NCBI GenBank assembly: GCA_013265495.1
Contig: MU058636.1
Location: 3,335,967 to 3,399,966, forward strand
Direction of reading: 5' to 3'
Length of the DNA stretch: 64,000 nucleotides
Source of the DNA: Vicugna vicugna
Taxonomy: Eukaryota
The first letter of the stretch is position 1. Each line of letters starts with the position of its first letter. This document shows positions 63,558 through 64,000 of the stretch, in pieces. Both the position numbers and the translations under genes were made by a program. The notes beneath the pieces are model-generated. The model had not been told where the DNA came from. It worked only from the letters and a program-made list of their open reading frames with translations, and made no database searches.

Positions 63558-64000
63558 CATAATGGTGCAGCTGCTATAGAAAACAGAATGACAGTTCCTC
63601 AAAAAGTTAAACCCAGAATTACTGTATCATCCAGGAATTCCACTTCTGGGTATAGACCCACAAGAATTGAAAGCAAGGACTCAACCAGATATTTGCACAA
63701 CCCATGTTTGTAGCAGCATTATTCACAATAGCAACTCAAGTGTCCATAGACAAATGCATAAACAAAATATGGTATATCCATACAATGGAATATTATTCAT
63801 CCACAAAAAGGGAGGAAACCCTGTCACATACTATAGCATAGATGAACTTTGAGAACATTATGCTATGTGAAATAAGCCAGTCACAAAAGGACAAATACAA
63901 TTCCACTTACATGAGGTTCCTAGAGTCAAATTCATAGAAACAGAACATAGAATGGTGGTTGCTAGGGGCCGCAGGGAGGGAAAAATGGTGAATTAGTGTT
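63558..64000 (+). mobile_element. L1MB-like 3' region, running off the end of the window
   Basis: aatggtgcagctgctatagaaaacag...gaattccacttctgggtatagaccca...ataagccagtcacaaaaggacaaata. Confidence 0.9.

Overview
Mammalian (placental) genomic DNA, most likely cetartiodactyl and possibly camelid. The young L1 3' ends are artiodactyl-type, and I saw no Alu, B1, Bov-tA/BovB, PRE-1, Can-SINE or ERE SINEs. I could not support any protein-coding gene, tRNA/rRNA or CRISPR feature: the window reads as intergenic or deep intronic. A large share is interspersed repeat (L1/HAL1, L2, CR1/L3, MIR, MaLR/ERVL LTRs, hAT and Tigger MITEs). Between the repeats are several repeat-free, motif-dense blocks that look like enhancers. 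The most notable items are: (1) a small CpG-rich element at ~60.5-61.1 kb with two CACGTGAC E-boxes 7 bp apart plus HNF1, E'-box and C/EBP/PAR-type sites; (2) an L1 insertion splitting a MER5B and carrying ~310 bp of non-L1 polyadenylated sequence (3' transduction or retrocopy); (3) a tail-only insertion with a perfect 14-bp TSD that is now a (TTTG)n microsatellite; (4) an L1 reduced to 5'UTR plus 3' end, nested in an older L1. I see no strong evidence for a wholly new biological system. Repeat family names come from recalled consensus features, not a database search, and boundaries are approximate.
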